In this document: positions 46,453 through 55,350 of the stretch, piece after piece
How the letters are laid out: the number at the start of each line of letters is the position of its first letter
Position numbering within the stretch: the stretch's first letter is position 1
From: an uncultured Candidatus Saccharibacteria bacterium
GTDB taxonomy: Bacteria > Patescibacteriota > Minisyncoccia > Phycocordibacterales > UBA1006
Direction of reading: 5' to 3'
Assembly (NCBI GenBank): GCA_964601935.1
Contig: CAZROP010000001.1
Coordinates: 20,127-84,126 of the forward strand
DNA length: 64,000 nucleotides
Made by a program: the position numbers and the translations under genes
The notes under the pieces: generated by a model
The model's database searches: none
What the model was told of the DNA's origin: nothing
What the model saw: only the letters and a program-made list of their open reading frames with translations

Positions 46453-47592
46453 CTATAAACTTGAACCAAAGTAATCTATTTTCATAGCACTACGCACTAC
46501 CTGCATTGTTTCTGCTGCCAGTTTGCGCGCTGTAGCAGTGCCATCTTGCAAACTTCTCTCGATTGCGGGAATGTCCTGTTCGAGCTCTGAGCGACGCTGA
46601 CGAATGGGTGCAATCAAAGTGTCGAGTATATCAACCAACCTATCTTTTCCTTCCATATCACCAACCTGGCCCGTCATATAACGCTGTTTCAGATCGGCAA
46701 CATACGCGATATCAGTATCGAATACATCAAGATATTGGAACACGACATTGCCCGCTAATTCTTCTGCGGTTACTGTATCGGTGACACGGACCTTAGAAGG
46801 ACATGTGTATGTGCTCTTTATCTGCTTAATAATTTGATCACGGGTATCTGATAGATAAATAGTGTTACCCAGAGACTTTGACATTTTTGCATTGCCATCT
46901 ATTCCTACTAACCGTGCTGTTTCTCCTACTAGAATATCTACACAAGGAAAGAGATCTGTGCCGTATATTCTATTAAAAGACTTTGCTATTTTATTAGCCT
47001 GCTCTATCATGGGTCGCTGATCTGCGCCAACCGGAACTAGATTTGCCCGGGCGAACAGTATATCGGCAGCCTGCGATACAGGGTAATTTAAAAATCCCAT
47101 TGGAATACCCCTACTAAATAATACATTTCCTCCCTCCGGTGAATTAGACTCATCGACCCTCTCCATAGTATCTCTGAACATGTCTTGTGCGAGGCCGTCG
47201 TTTAGTTTGGAATCTAAACTATACCCTTTTTCTTTTGCCTCTGTTTTTATCGTTGGATTATGAGATAACTGTTGTAGGGTAACCAAATTCATAAACAATA
47301 CCGTCAATTCCGCAATCTCTGGAACCATTGATTGGATAAACATCGTAGTTCGCGTAGGATCCACCCCACATGCCATATTATCAATTACTACCTGCAGCAT
47401 ATTCTCACGCACCTTGGTAGGATTATCGTAATTGTCAGTCAGCGCCTGAATATCGGCGACCATATACAGACGCGTCGAAATACTGTCATCCGCCTGTAAT
47501 TTCAATCTATTCTGAATAGACCCCACATAGTGCCCCAAATGCAGTCTGCCGGTCGGCCTATCCCCTGTTAATACACGCTTTTCATGATTCAT
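46453..47592 (-). CDS. trpS: Tryptophanyl-tRNA synthetase
   Basis: Class I HIGH motif 'GRLHLGHY', 'KMSKS' present, TrpRS-like length. tRNA-Trp and a TrpR-like gene lie nearby. Confidence 0.75.
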   Translation of the reverse strand: MNHEKRVLTGDRPTGRLHLGHYVGSIQNRLKLQADDSISTRLYMVADIQALTDNYDNPTKVRENMLQVVIDNMACGVDPTRTTMFIQSMVPEIAELTVLFMNLVTLQQLSHNPTIKTEAKEKGYSLDSKLNDGLAQDMFRDTMERVDESNSPEGGNVLFSRGIPMGFLNYPVSQAADILFARANLVPVGADQRPMIEQANKIAKSFNRIYGTDLFPCVDILVGETARLVGIDGNAKMSKSLGNTIYLSDTRDQIIKQIKSTYTCPSKVRVTDTVTAEELAGNVVFQYLDVFDTDIAYVADLKQRYMTGQVGDMEGKDRLVDILDTLIAPIRQRRSELEQDIPAIERSLQDGTATARKLAAETMQVVRSAMKIDYFGSSL

Positions 47593-47743
47593 AATAGAAC
47601 CATCCTACCATAATTATAAGGATAACAAAAAGCCTGCGACAGCTCGGATACACACACATCTGGAAAATGTAACCGCGGCGCAGGACTTATCTCAGTTAGT
47701 ATACTTCTAAAAAGCAAAGACTTCCAGACATTTATCTCGAAAA

Positions 47744-49174
47744 CTACCAGGATAATTCTACCTTAAGTAACTCAGTCAACTTTGCAGGATTCGCAGCGCC
47801 TTTTGATGCCTTCATCGCCTGTCCAACCAGGAACATAATGACGGATTCTTTTCCACTGCGATATTCGTCTGCCACCTTCGGATTATTAGCGATAGCTTCG
47901 CGTATAAATACCAGAATTGCTTCATCGTCGTTTTTTTGTATCAGCCCGTGCTTCTCGGCTAACGATTGTGGGTTACCACCCTCCGTTATTATCAAACGCA
48001 AAATATCTTTTGCAGCACGTGATGATAATTCGCCCGCATGAATCATTGCAACCAATTGCGCCATATCAGATATCTCTACCGCAGAGAATACTTTATCTTC
48101 GCCGAATTCCGTAGATAACCCCACCATATCTGACAGAATATAATTGGATACCAACTGCGCTAATGATATATTGTTGTGTAATTCTAAAACTACATTTTCA
48201 AAGTATGTAGCCCACGGAGGGTTCACTATCAGAACATCAATATCATCAGATTTGATACCATACTGCTCTACATAACGTGCGCGCTTTTCATGTGGCAATT
48301 CAGGAAGCTCTTGTCGCAATGTATCTATATCGAAGAGCTCATGGAGCATAAACTTTGATATATCAGGATCAGGGAAATACCGATAATCCTCGCTATTTTC
48401 TTTTAATCTCTGAGATTTCGTCACACCACGCGCGTCATCCCATCCACGTGTCTCCTGTACTATTTCTGACTCCCGACCCTGTTCATATAGTTCTTCCATG
48501 CGCTTTAATTCATAATCAATCGCTTTACCAACTACACTGAACGAGTTTAGGTTTTTTATCTCTACCTTGGTTCCAAATTTGTCTGGGTCAGGTGACAACG
48601 AAATATTTGCCTCCACACGCATCTGGCCCATTTCCATGTTCGCCTCAGAAATACCCAAATAGCGTAATAACAATTGTAGCTCTTTTCCAAACTGCATTGC
48701 CTGCTCTGCGCTATGAATTACAGGCTCTGTCACTAACTCCATCAAAGGTACTCCTGCACGATTAAAATCTACCAGCGTACCATCACTACTGTGCTCACTA
48801 GTTGCTGTGTCTTCTTCTAAATGCACACGGGTGATGGCAACCCCTGCGACAGACCCGCCCGATACTATAGGGTATTTGTACTGGCTAATCTGATAGCCTT
48901 TTGGCATATCAGGATAAAAGTAATTTTTGCGGTCAAACTCGGTAAAATTTGTAATGGTTCCATTGACTGCCAATCCCATCATAATTACCGATCGTATGGC
49001 AGCAGTATTGGGTACTGGGATAGCCCCTGGATGTGCCATACATACAGGACAAATATGAACATTTGGTCCAGACGCATGAAATGGATCGTTCACGCAACTA
49101 CAGAACATTTTTGACTGAGTATTCAGTTCTGCATGGATTTCCAGACCAATGGTTGGATAATAGGTTCGTGACAT
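47744..49174 (-). CDS. gatB: Asp-tRNA(Asn)/Glu-tRNA(Gln) amidotransferase subunit B
   Basis: 'YYPTIGLEIHAELNTQSKMFCSC' is the canonical GatB N-terminus; a C-terminal YqeY-like domain is present. Confidence 0.85.
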   Translation of the reverse strand: MSRTYYPTIGLEIHAELNTQSKMFCSCVNDPFHASGPNVHICPVCMAHPGAIPVPNTAAIRSVIMMGLAVNGTITNFTEFDRKNYFYPDMPKGYQISQYKYPIVSGGSVAGVAITRVHLEEDTATSEHSSDGTLVDFNRAGVPLMELVTEPVIHSAEQAMQFGKELQLLLRYLGISEANMEMGQMRVEANISLSPDPDKFGTKVEIKNLNSFSVVGKAIDYELKRMEELYEQGRESEIVQETRGWDDARGVTKSQRLKENSEDYRYFPDPDISKFMLHELFDIDTLRQELPELPHEKRARYVEQYGIKSDDIDVLIVNPPWATYFENVVLELHNNISLAQLVSNYILSDMVGLSTEFGEDKVFSAVEISDMAQLVAMIHAGELSSRAAKDILRLIITEGGNPQSLAEKHGLIQKNDDEAILVFIREAIANNPKVADEYRSGKESVIMFLVGQAMKASKGAANPAKLTELLKVELSW

Positions 49175-49227
49175 ATGCGACCAGTCTACCAGACTATGGC
49201 AAAAATCCAAAGCTGGCACCCAATCTA

Positions 49228-50196
49228 TTACCGCCCCAGCGTTTCTCCTATAACGCGTGCTAATTTCTGTAAAGACTCGTCATCGAACACACTCACGGGA
49301 TATACCGGCACTCCGATTGCCTGCGACAGGTGTGCCACTATTTCATCTGCATTTTGAACTTCATCTGACTGCGATAATACTACGATCTCTTGTTTTTCTA
49401 TCAGACTGGTATCGAACTTTTCAAGTTCTTTGCGAATAGCACGATAAGATTCTACAGGATCAGGATTGATTGCAGCGACCAGATGCACTAATACTCGTGT
49501 ACGCTTGATATGACGTAGGAACTTTATACCCAACCCCTTTCCTTCGCTCGCCCCTTCGATCAATCCTGGAATATCAGCAATAATAGCTCCACTGGGCAAT
49601 ACGCCTAAATGTGGCTCTAGGGTAGTAAAATGATACGCGGCTACTTTTGACTTTGCATTTGTGAACGCATTCAACAGTGATGATTTACCTGCACTCGGCA
49701 AACCAATCAGACCAATATCCGCAACCATGCGCAGCTCTATATCAAATGTACCCGACTCGCCTTCGGCGCCAGGAGTACATTCTATAGGGCTCGTATTGCG
49801 AGAAGATTTGAACCATTCATTACCCAGCCCGCCACGACCACCGGCTAATAATTGTTCCTTCTGACCAATCTGGGTCAACTCCCATTCGAAACCGCTCTCG
49901 CGCTGACGTATTACCGTACCCACTGGAAACTTCAAAACCAGATCATCGCCTGACGCACCCTGCTTCCCGAAGTTTTCTCCATCACCGCCACGAGCAGCAG
50001 AAAAGGAATTTTTGAACTGATAATTCGATAAATATCCCAGATCTGAAACCGCCTCTACCCATACATCGCCACCCTTGCCACCGTTACCACCACCAGGACC
50101 TGAAAGAGGTTTGAACTTTTCTGTTCTCCAGCGCACAACACCATCGCCACCGCGACCTGCCTGTATTTGTAAAGTGAGTTCATCAACGAATGCCAT
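49228..50196 (-). CDS. obg: GTPase Obg/CgtA
   Basis: Gly-rich Obg fold ('GGDGVVRW...GGGNGGKGG') then G domain ('GLPSAGKSSLL', 'DIPGLIEGA'). Start set at MAFVDE; the listed longer ORF overlaps a tRNA. Confidence 0.85.
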   Translation of the reverse strand: MAFVDELTLQIQAGRGGDGVVRWRTEKFKPLSGPGGGNGGKGGDVWVEAVSDLGYLSNYQFKNSFSAARGGDGENFGKQGASGDDLVLKFPVGTVIRQRESGFEWELTQIGQKEQLLAGGRGGLGNEWFKSSRNTSPIECTPGAEGESGTFDIELRMVADIGLIGLPSAGKSSLLNAFTNAKSKVAAYHFTTLEPHLGVLPSGAIIADIPGLIEGASEGKGLGIKFLRHIKRTRVLVHLVAAINPDPVESYRAIRKELEKFDTSLIEKQEIVVLSQSDEVQNADEIVAHLSQAIGVPVYPVSVFDDESLQKLARVIGETLGR

Positions 50197-50373
50197 ATGA
50201 TTTTTTTTGATTATATTATTTGAGGATTCGGTCACAAAACATGCGTTCTCAGTACTCGTGCTCTGCACTCGTATTCGAACACTGTTTCGCGACCCCTGTT
50301 CGAATCCTCGTGGGTCGCGTAGCAATACAATCAAAATGCTTCTGAGGTCGCATGTTTGATTGTTTGCTAATTG

Positions 50374-50444
50374 CGGGCCCACGAGGATTCGAACCTCGGT
50401 CAACGGTTTTGGAGACCGCTATTCTACCACTGAACTATAAGCCC
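50374..50444 (-). tRNA. tRNA-Trp (anticodon CCA)
   Basis: Reverse complement GGGCTTATAGTTCAGTGGTAGAAT...CTCCAAA...GGTTCGAATCCTCGTGGGCCCG; cloverleaf with anticodon loop CTCCAAA. Confidence 0.8.
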
Positions 50445-50553
50445 GATCGAGAAGGCGAACCTAGCTCTTATCTGATATTCTACACTTTTTTCTGAAAAAA
50501 TGAACCCCAACTATGCAATCGGCCGTTCGCACAGCGAACGGCCGACCACTCAA

Positions 50554-50715
50554 TTATTTCTTCGCCAGAGAAAACTCTACATGAGTACGAGTTTTCGGGT
50601 CGTACTTTTTGAGCTTTAACTTGAAATTCTTATTACCCAACTTTTTCTTGTTAAAGGTTGTATGAATAACGGTTCCTGATTTTGACTTTATTTTGACAAG
50701 TTTTTCCTGTGACAT
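50554..50715 (-). CDS. rpmG: 50S ribosomal protein L33
   Basis: 'KLKLKKYDPKTRTHVEFSLAKK' matches the L33 C-terminal consensus; ~54 aa from the internal Met. Synteny with tRNA-Trp is a conserved bacterial arrangement. Confidence 0.65.
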   Translation of the reverse strand: MSQEKLVKIKSKSGTVIHTTFNKKKLGNKNFKLKLKKYDPKTRTHVEFSLAKK

Positions 50716-50853
50716 AGAGTACTCGTATAGTATCAAAGATTGACATTTTTGCAAGACACCCTGCGCAAAACGTGACCCATTGACCAAAAGTAAAAACAGC
50801 CTTCCTATTGACAGACTATCATATTTAAGATATCATACGTAAAACTACTGATA

Positions 50854-51591
50854 ATGAAGAAGTTAATAATCATTCTGCTGCTAGCGCATAGCTGCATCGC
50901 CTCGGCGCAACAGGACACCTTGACGGTTATATCCTGGAATATTGGGATGTTGTTTCCCAAAAAATACAATGATGATGTGACCACAAAGTACTACCGTGGA
51001 GGATTCACAGATATCGCCTTGCCTGGTGAAGTCTACGTTCTAACTGAGGTATACCCGGGGAACGAGAGCGTACACAATGACAGGTGTTACTGTTACGAAA
51101 GGCACACCCATATGCTTACGAGTCTCAACTGTGTAACATGGGGTTCAAACTTTCAAACCCCGGTTGTCGTGCTCGATACTAGCGTAATAAACCACCGAAT
51201 CCAGGCACTGGACTTCGGTACATTTATTATCGTACCAGCACATTTACACACCTACTTGGGGAAGCGACGATTTGCCGTAATGAAAGCTATCGTGGAGTGG
51301 GCACAGACAGTAAACAAACCGGTAATCATCGCGGGTGATTACAATACCCGGGGGACCCACTGGAAAGGCAAGTTAATTGTAAACAACTGGGATAAAAAAC
51401 TATTCCAGTTGTTGCGCGATGCCGGCTTCATGGATGCCGGGTTTGAACAAAACACGTACCGATTCGCACCCGCGCGAATCGACTGGATCTTTGCAAGAGG
51501 AATGAATGAGTATTCTGCAATAAAAACGAAAGGTGTCTCTCCTTTCGACCATATCCCAATTATGACAAAGCTCATACTCAAAACTGAATAG
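50854..51591 (+). CDS. Secreted endonuclease/exonuclease/phosphatase (EEP) family protein
   Basis: Signal peptide; 'ITWNIG' start; the C-terminal 'SPFDHIPIMTKL' catalytic His/Asp motif is typical of the EEP fold. Confidence 0.6.
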   Translation: MKKLIIILLLAHSCIASAQQDTLTVISWNIGMLFPKKYNDDVTTKYYRGGFTDIALPGEVYVLTEVYPGNESVHNDRCYCYERHTHMLTSLNCVTWGSNFQTPVVVLDTSVINHRIQALDFGTFIIVPAHLHTYLGKRRFAVMKAIVEWAQTVNKPVIIAGDYNTRGTHWKGKLIVNNWDKKLFQLLRDAGFMDAGFEQNTYRFAPARIDWIFARGMNEYSAIKTKGVSPFDHIPIMTKLILKTE

Positions 51592-51614
51592 CCTCAGTAG
51601 GAGCAATATCAACA

Positions 51615-51653
51615 AGCTTGAATTAGTTACCTAATTCAAGCTTTTTTAACTGA
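51615..51653 (+). terminator. Rho-independent terminator of the EEP gene
   Basis: AAGCTTGAATTAGTTACCTAATTCAAGCTT followed by TTTTTT. Confidence 0.7.
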
Positions 51654-51837
51654 TAAAATAGATCACCGACCAACCGCCCTTTGAAACAAAATTCAAGCCT
51701 AATTCTTTTAGGCAGTTGGCAGCATATGATATCCTCAATCTGCCGATGTGACTTCACTCCTTTACAATCTGGGAAAATACATTAGTATACTAGACATATA
51801 GAGGTGGATTGCTGCCTGTATATAATCCAATATATTT

Positions 51838-51910
51838 GGGCCCTTAGCTCACTTGGTAGAGCGCCGGTTTTGCACTCCGGAGGCAAGCAGTTCGAATCTG
51901 CTAGGGTCCA
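51838..51910 (+). tRNA. tRNA-Ala (anticodon TGC)
   Basis: GGGCCCTTAGCTCACTTGGTAGAGC...TTTTGCAC...GTTCGAATC...GGGTCCA with the G3:U70 Ala identity pair. A TATAAT-like box lies ~12 bp upstream. Confidence 0.85.
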
Positions 51911-52174
51911 CAGTAATAAATAAAAACAGGCGAGTATGCCTCTTTTACTAAAAAACAAGCTATCTATTGATTCATGTTTTCTGGTATACTAGCTGAGTAC
52001 CTAGTTACAGCAGGCTAAGGCTTTGTGTCTTTCCTGATCGAGTGTAGAAACAGCATCATCAGTGGGCACGATTAGGGTCTTCGGGTTTTCTGTAAGTGGG
52101 TACAACTGTCTATCTAGTGGTACCTTTTATTAGCATACCCCTAACTTATTCGTAATAAAGTAAATTAATTTTTT

Positions 52175-52879
52175 ATGAAAGAACTATTTAAAACATATAT
52201 TTTAATAATGACTCTATTCAGCATACTTGTTATGCCTTCAGGCGTACATGCTGTCACAAACGCAAGCTATGTAAAACTTCAAAAAGAAAATAAATTACTT
52301 AAAGCTCAACTCGCACAACTAAAAGAACAAACCCTATCTTGCAAGACAGATAAACTGGGCCAAACCAGCTCTACCACACCACTTAATGAGAAAAAGGTGC
52401 TAGTCAGCGTTAAGTGGGTGAACACTTTTAGCCCCGATATAGGTATAAATCAAACACCTGCTTTCGTTGCTTACAAAATTGAAAATACTTCTAATGTCGA
52501 CATTCCCATAGACAGTATTACTTTTAGCGTAGAAACAAAAGGACAAGAGTATTCTATAGGTTATCGCGAAACTCTATACTCTTTTTCTACAAAAGAGCGT
52601 AATAAAAATAATGCATTCTATCTTCCTGTTGACAATGTGACTAATCCTGTCACACACGAATTTGAAGAATCTATAATTATCCCAGCAAATAGTACTAAAG
52701 TACTTTACTTAAACATGTGGGGCTTTTCAGGAGGGCTTGCGGCTCTAAGATTCGGTGGCGCAGGAAGTACGGTTATTACATTGCACTCGCTCAAGTCCTT
52801 AAAACAAGGTACTGTATTTGACTTAGGAGCAGATGGAAAACTGATAGCCATTGACTACCACAAACAAGGATCGCTTTAG
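52175..52879 (+). CDS. Hypothetical secreted protein with an N-terminal coiled coil
   Basis: Signal peptide, 'LQKENKLLKAQLAQLKEQ' coiled coil, beta-rich C-terminal part; no family assigned. Confidence 0.35.
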   Translation: MKELFKTYILIMTLFSILVMPSGVHAVTNASYVKLQKENKLLKAQLAQLKEQTLSCKTDKLGQTSSTTPLNEKKVLVSVKWVNTFSPDIGINQTPAFVAYKIENTSNVDIPIDSITFSVETKGQEYSIGYRETLYSFSTKERNKNNAFYLPVDNVTNPVTHEFEESIIIPANSTKVLYLNMWGFSGGLAALRFGGAGSTVITLHSLKSLKQGTVFDLGADGKLIAIDYHKQGSL

Positions 52880-52961
52880 AAAAGCTTTTAACAAAAATGA
52901 TTTCAAAAAAACCGTTGTTGCAAATAATGCAACAACGGTTTTTGGTTGAGTAGATCTGTAC

Positions 52962-53357
52962 TTACAGCATCATCGAATGCAGCGCTATTCGATTACCTTC
53001 CGAATCTTCTATGCTCGCGATGTGTCCATTCTCGCCGATTTCTATACCTGACTTTAACACGTGTATACCCAGCTCCTTTGCACGCGCGAGTGCGCCACTA
53101 ATGCTCGCAACCGAGAAATATACCAACACCCCTTCCAATGACGGCTTCATATGCGGACCTTTGACCAACTGCCCTGCTGCGCCATACATAGTCATAGTAT
53201 CGGGACCCATCGGGAACCAACTGGTTTCTACTCCGTCTTTTTCGGGCTGACGGATACATTCAAAATCCAGGAATTCTTTATAAAATTTTTCTGCACGACC
53301 CATGTCCGTCACAGGAATATCGAACCATCCAATTGGGTTACCTTTTTCTTTTTCCAT
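52962..53357 (-). CDS. VOC-family (glyoxalase/bleomycin-resistance fold) protein
   Basis: 131 aa; 'IGWFDIPVTDMGRAEKFYKEFLDFE' is the typical VOC beta-alpha-beta-beta-beta N-terminus. Confidence 0.6.
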   Translation of the reverse strand: MEKEKGNPIGWFDIPVTDMGRAEKFYKEFLDFECIRQPEKDGVETSWFPMGPDTMTMYGAAGQLVKGPHMKPSLEGVLVYFSVASISGALARAKELGIHVLKSGIEIGENGHIASIEDSEGNRIALHSMML

Positions 53358-53475
53358 ATACTGCTTAGTGATTATCTAGTAGTAGGCTCAGTATAGCATT
53401 GCCGTTGACAAAATATTAACTCAAAAAAACAAACCCTGACAATAACCATTGTCAGGGGGTTTTAGTATGAATTTT

Positions 53476-54744
53476 TCATGTAATCACCTCGTTGCTAGGA
53501 GGAACGATATGGATTCCTCCACTTTTGATTATTGTACCCTCTGCAAGCAGATGTGCATTTACGAGCGTAGCCCCAACATGTGCGGGCCGGTGATCCCACT
53601 CACCTTTTTCATTTTTGTAACGAACAATACGTACATGCTGGCGGCGATAGTGGGGCTGCACCGTATACCCTCCGGCTCTTTTTACAACAATATGAGAAGA
53701 ATTTGCACGGAGGCGACCGATTTCAATCGTTTGACTAATGTCTACAACATGCCATGACTGTTGGTACCTTGGTGATAGTGCTACTTGGTGCAGCATTTCA
53801 GTACCTATTTCAACAAACGGACTATTCACATGCGCCTCAGCACAAATCCTACAGATTCTGTTAACGATCTCTACAACACCTACTAGAGTTTTTCCATCCT
53901 CCATTGTATAGATTGATGCTGTTAGCGGTTTGAAATCGCTACTGTATGCACGACCAATCCCTCCAGGTGAAATTGATGCAAACCCGCAAAAACCTTTACC
54001 CATAGAGTCGACAGTAGCCTGTAACTTCTGCGCCAGCTTCTGAAATAGCTTAACTTTTGAACTACGTACAGCTGCGGTGGCATCTCTGAAATCCTTTTCT
54101 TGTTCCGGTGACATAAGACAATGTTCCACCTCATCAGACCAAACCATAATATGAGTTTGGCCATTCTCCCCCGCTACCACTAAAATATTATTCATATCCC
54201 AACCCTCAGCAGGCATATTGTGAGACGTGGCGTGGCCGACATGTAGGCTATTGTCTATACGATATTCATTTTCGTAGCGGATGTATAAGGCTGGATACGG
54301 TAACGCATCCAGCCAGTACTCTGTGCGTAAGTCCAGCGGCTGAATGACCCCTGACTCTACAGTAATCGCTCTGCGTACTCCTCCCCATTTCTGTACCATG
54401 TATGGAATCATTAACTGGTTTGGCACGTTATAGGACCTAACGATATCGAACTGCGAAACCTTTCCTAAAAGATCTTTAGGAACACGCGGTAGAAACTGAT
54501 ATGGCGATTCCACAGACACAGCAGTAGGATCCTCTAACCACTTCCGCAAGTTCTGGTATTCTTTTATACTCCGTACCAAGCCCCAAGAGGGACCCAGTTC
54601 AGACCCAGCCCTTGGAGCTACTTTCCGAGCATCTGCTCCATGCTTTGATCCAGTGCGAAATATTTCGAACATCCCTCCCGCAACCAACTGGTAGTCTTCC
54701 CAATGGCGGAGCAAATTATCTAAGTGTGTCCCTAATAGTTTCAT
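53476..54744 (-). CDS. Orphan 422-aa soluble protein of unknown function
   Basis: Long ORF with no TM helix or signal peptide. No motif I can assign; a weak 'GENGQTHIMVW' primase-like sGxGxH resemblance was not accepted. Divergently paired with the HExxH gene. Confidence 0.4.
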   Translation of the reverse strand: MKLLGTHLDNLLRHWEDYQLVAGGMFEIFRTGSKHGADARKVAPRAGSELGPSWGLVRSIKEYQNLRKWLEDPTAVSVESPYQFLPRVPKDLLGKVSQFDIVRSYNVPNQLMIPYMVQKWGGVRRAITVESGVIQPLDLRTEYWLDALPYPALYIRYENEYRIDNSLHVGHATSHNMPAEGWDMNNILVVAGENGQTHIMVWSDEVEHCLMSPEQEKDFRDATAAVRSSKVKLFQKLAQKLQATVDSMGKGFCGFASISPGGIGRAYSSDFKPLTASIYTMEDGKTLVGVVEIVNRICRICAEAHVNSPFVEIGTEMLHQVALSPRYQQSWHVVDISQTIEIGRLRANSSHIVVKRAGGYTVQPHYRRQHVRIVRYKNEKGEWDHRPAHVGATLVNAHLLAEGTIIKSGGIHIVPPSNEVIT

Positions 54745-54769
54745 TCGTTTCAGTTTTAGATGAAGAAAT

Positions 54770-55318
54770 TTGAGGCTCTTTATACCACAAGTGGGTCATA
54801 AGGTCAATGACTTACTCACCGTAGAGACACCAGGATATATCTCACACAGGGCTAAACAGTGTATACTAGAATCTATGCAAGAGGAGTACTGCCTGATCAA
54901 ACGAATACCAACATTCTGGAATTACATTCCACTCTTGGGAACTGACATGGCTATGACTGCTTTTGGTGTTATATACTTTCCTCCTGACCAGTATGACGAT
55001 CTGCATTCTGACAATCCCAGCACTTGGATTCAATCTGTACTGATTCACGAAAAAGTGCACGCGCATCGACAGGCAAAAATGGGCGGCACGCAGTGGGGTC
55101 TGCGCTATATAGTATCCCGCAAGTTTCGACTGAATGAAGAACTGCTCGCGATCAGAGAACAGATGCTGTTTCTTAAAAAACATAATGGGTCTTATGATAT
55201 AGAACGTAAAGCGCGGCAGTTCGCTGGCGCTGCATACCTATGGGTTTTGCCCTACCAACAAGCAATCACGGTACTTAACAACCTATGGAATTCTTGCAAT
55301 ACACAAGAAGTCCGATAA
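54770..55318 (+). CDS. Putative HExxH zinc-metallopeptidase-like protein
   Basis: 'VLIHEKVHAHRQ' gives HExxHxH, possibly SprT/ImmA/MtfA-like. 182 aa. Only 25 bp from the divergent 422-aa gene. Confidence 0.35.
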   Translation: MRLFIPQVGHKVNDLLTVETPGYISHRAKQCILESMQEEYCLIKRIPTFWNYIPLLGTDMAMTAFGVIYFPPDQYDDLHSDNPSTWIQSVLIHEKVHAHRQAKMGGTQWGLRYIVSRKFRLNEELLAIREQMLFLKKHNGSYDIERKARQFAGAAYLWVLPYQQAITVLNNLWNSCNTQEVR

Positions 55319-55350
55319 AAGTATCAAAATACTGACAAATATGGGTCTCT

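Noticed and set aside
50230-50340. Possible second tRNA between tRNA-Trp and obg
   Set aside because: Only a T-loop-like hairpin is present, with no cloverleaf (no acceptor, D or anticodon arms). It is reported as a stem-loop finding, not as a tRNA.
53476-54744. Archaeo-eukaryotic primase-like assignment for the 422-aa orphan (GENGQTHIMVW resembling the sGxGxH motif)
   Set aside because: No convincing upstream DxD motif and no third motif could be identified. The resemblance is too weak to call.
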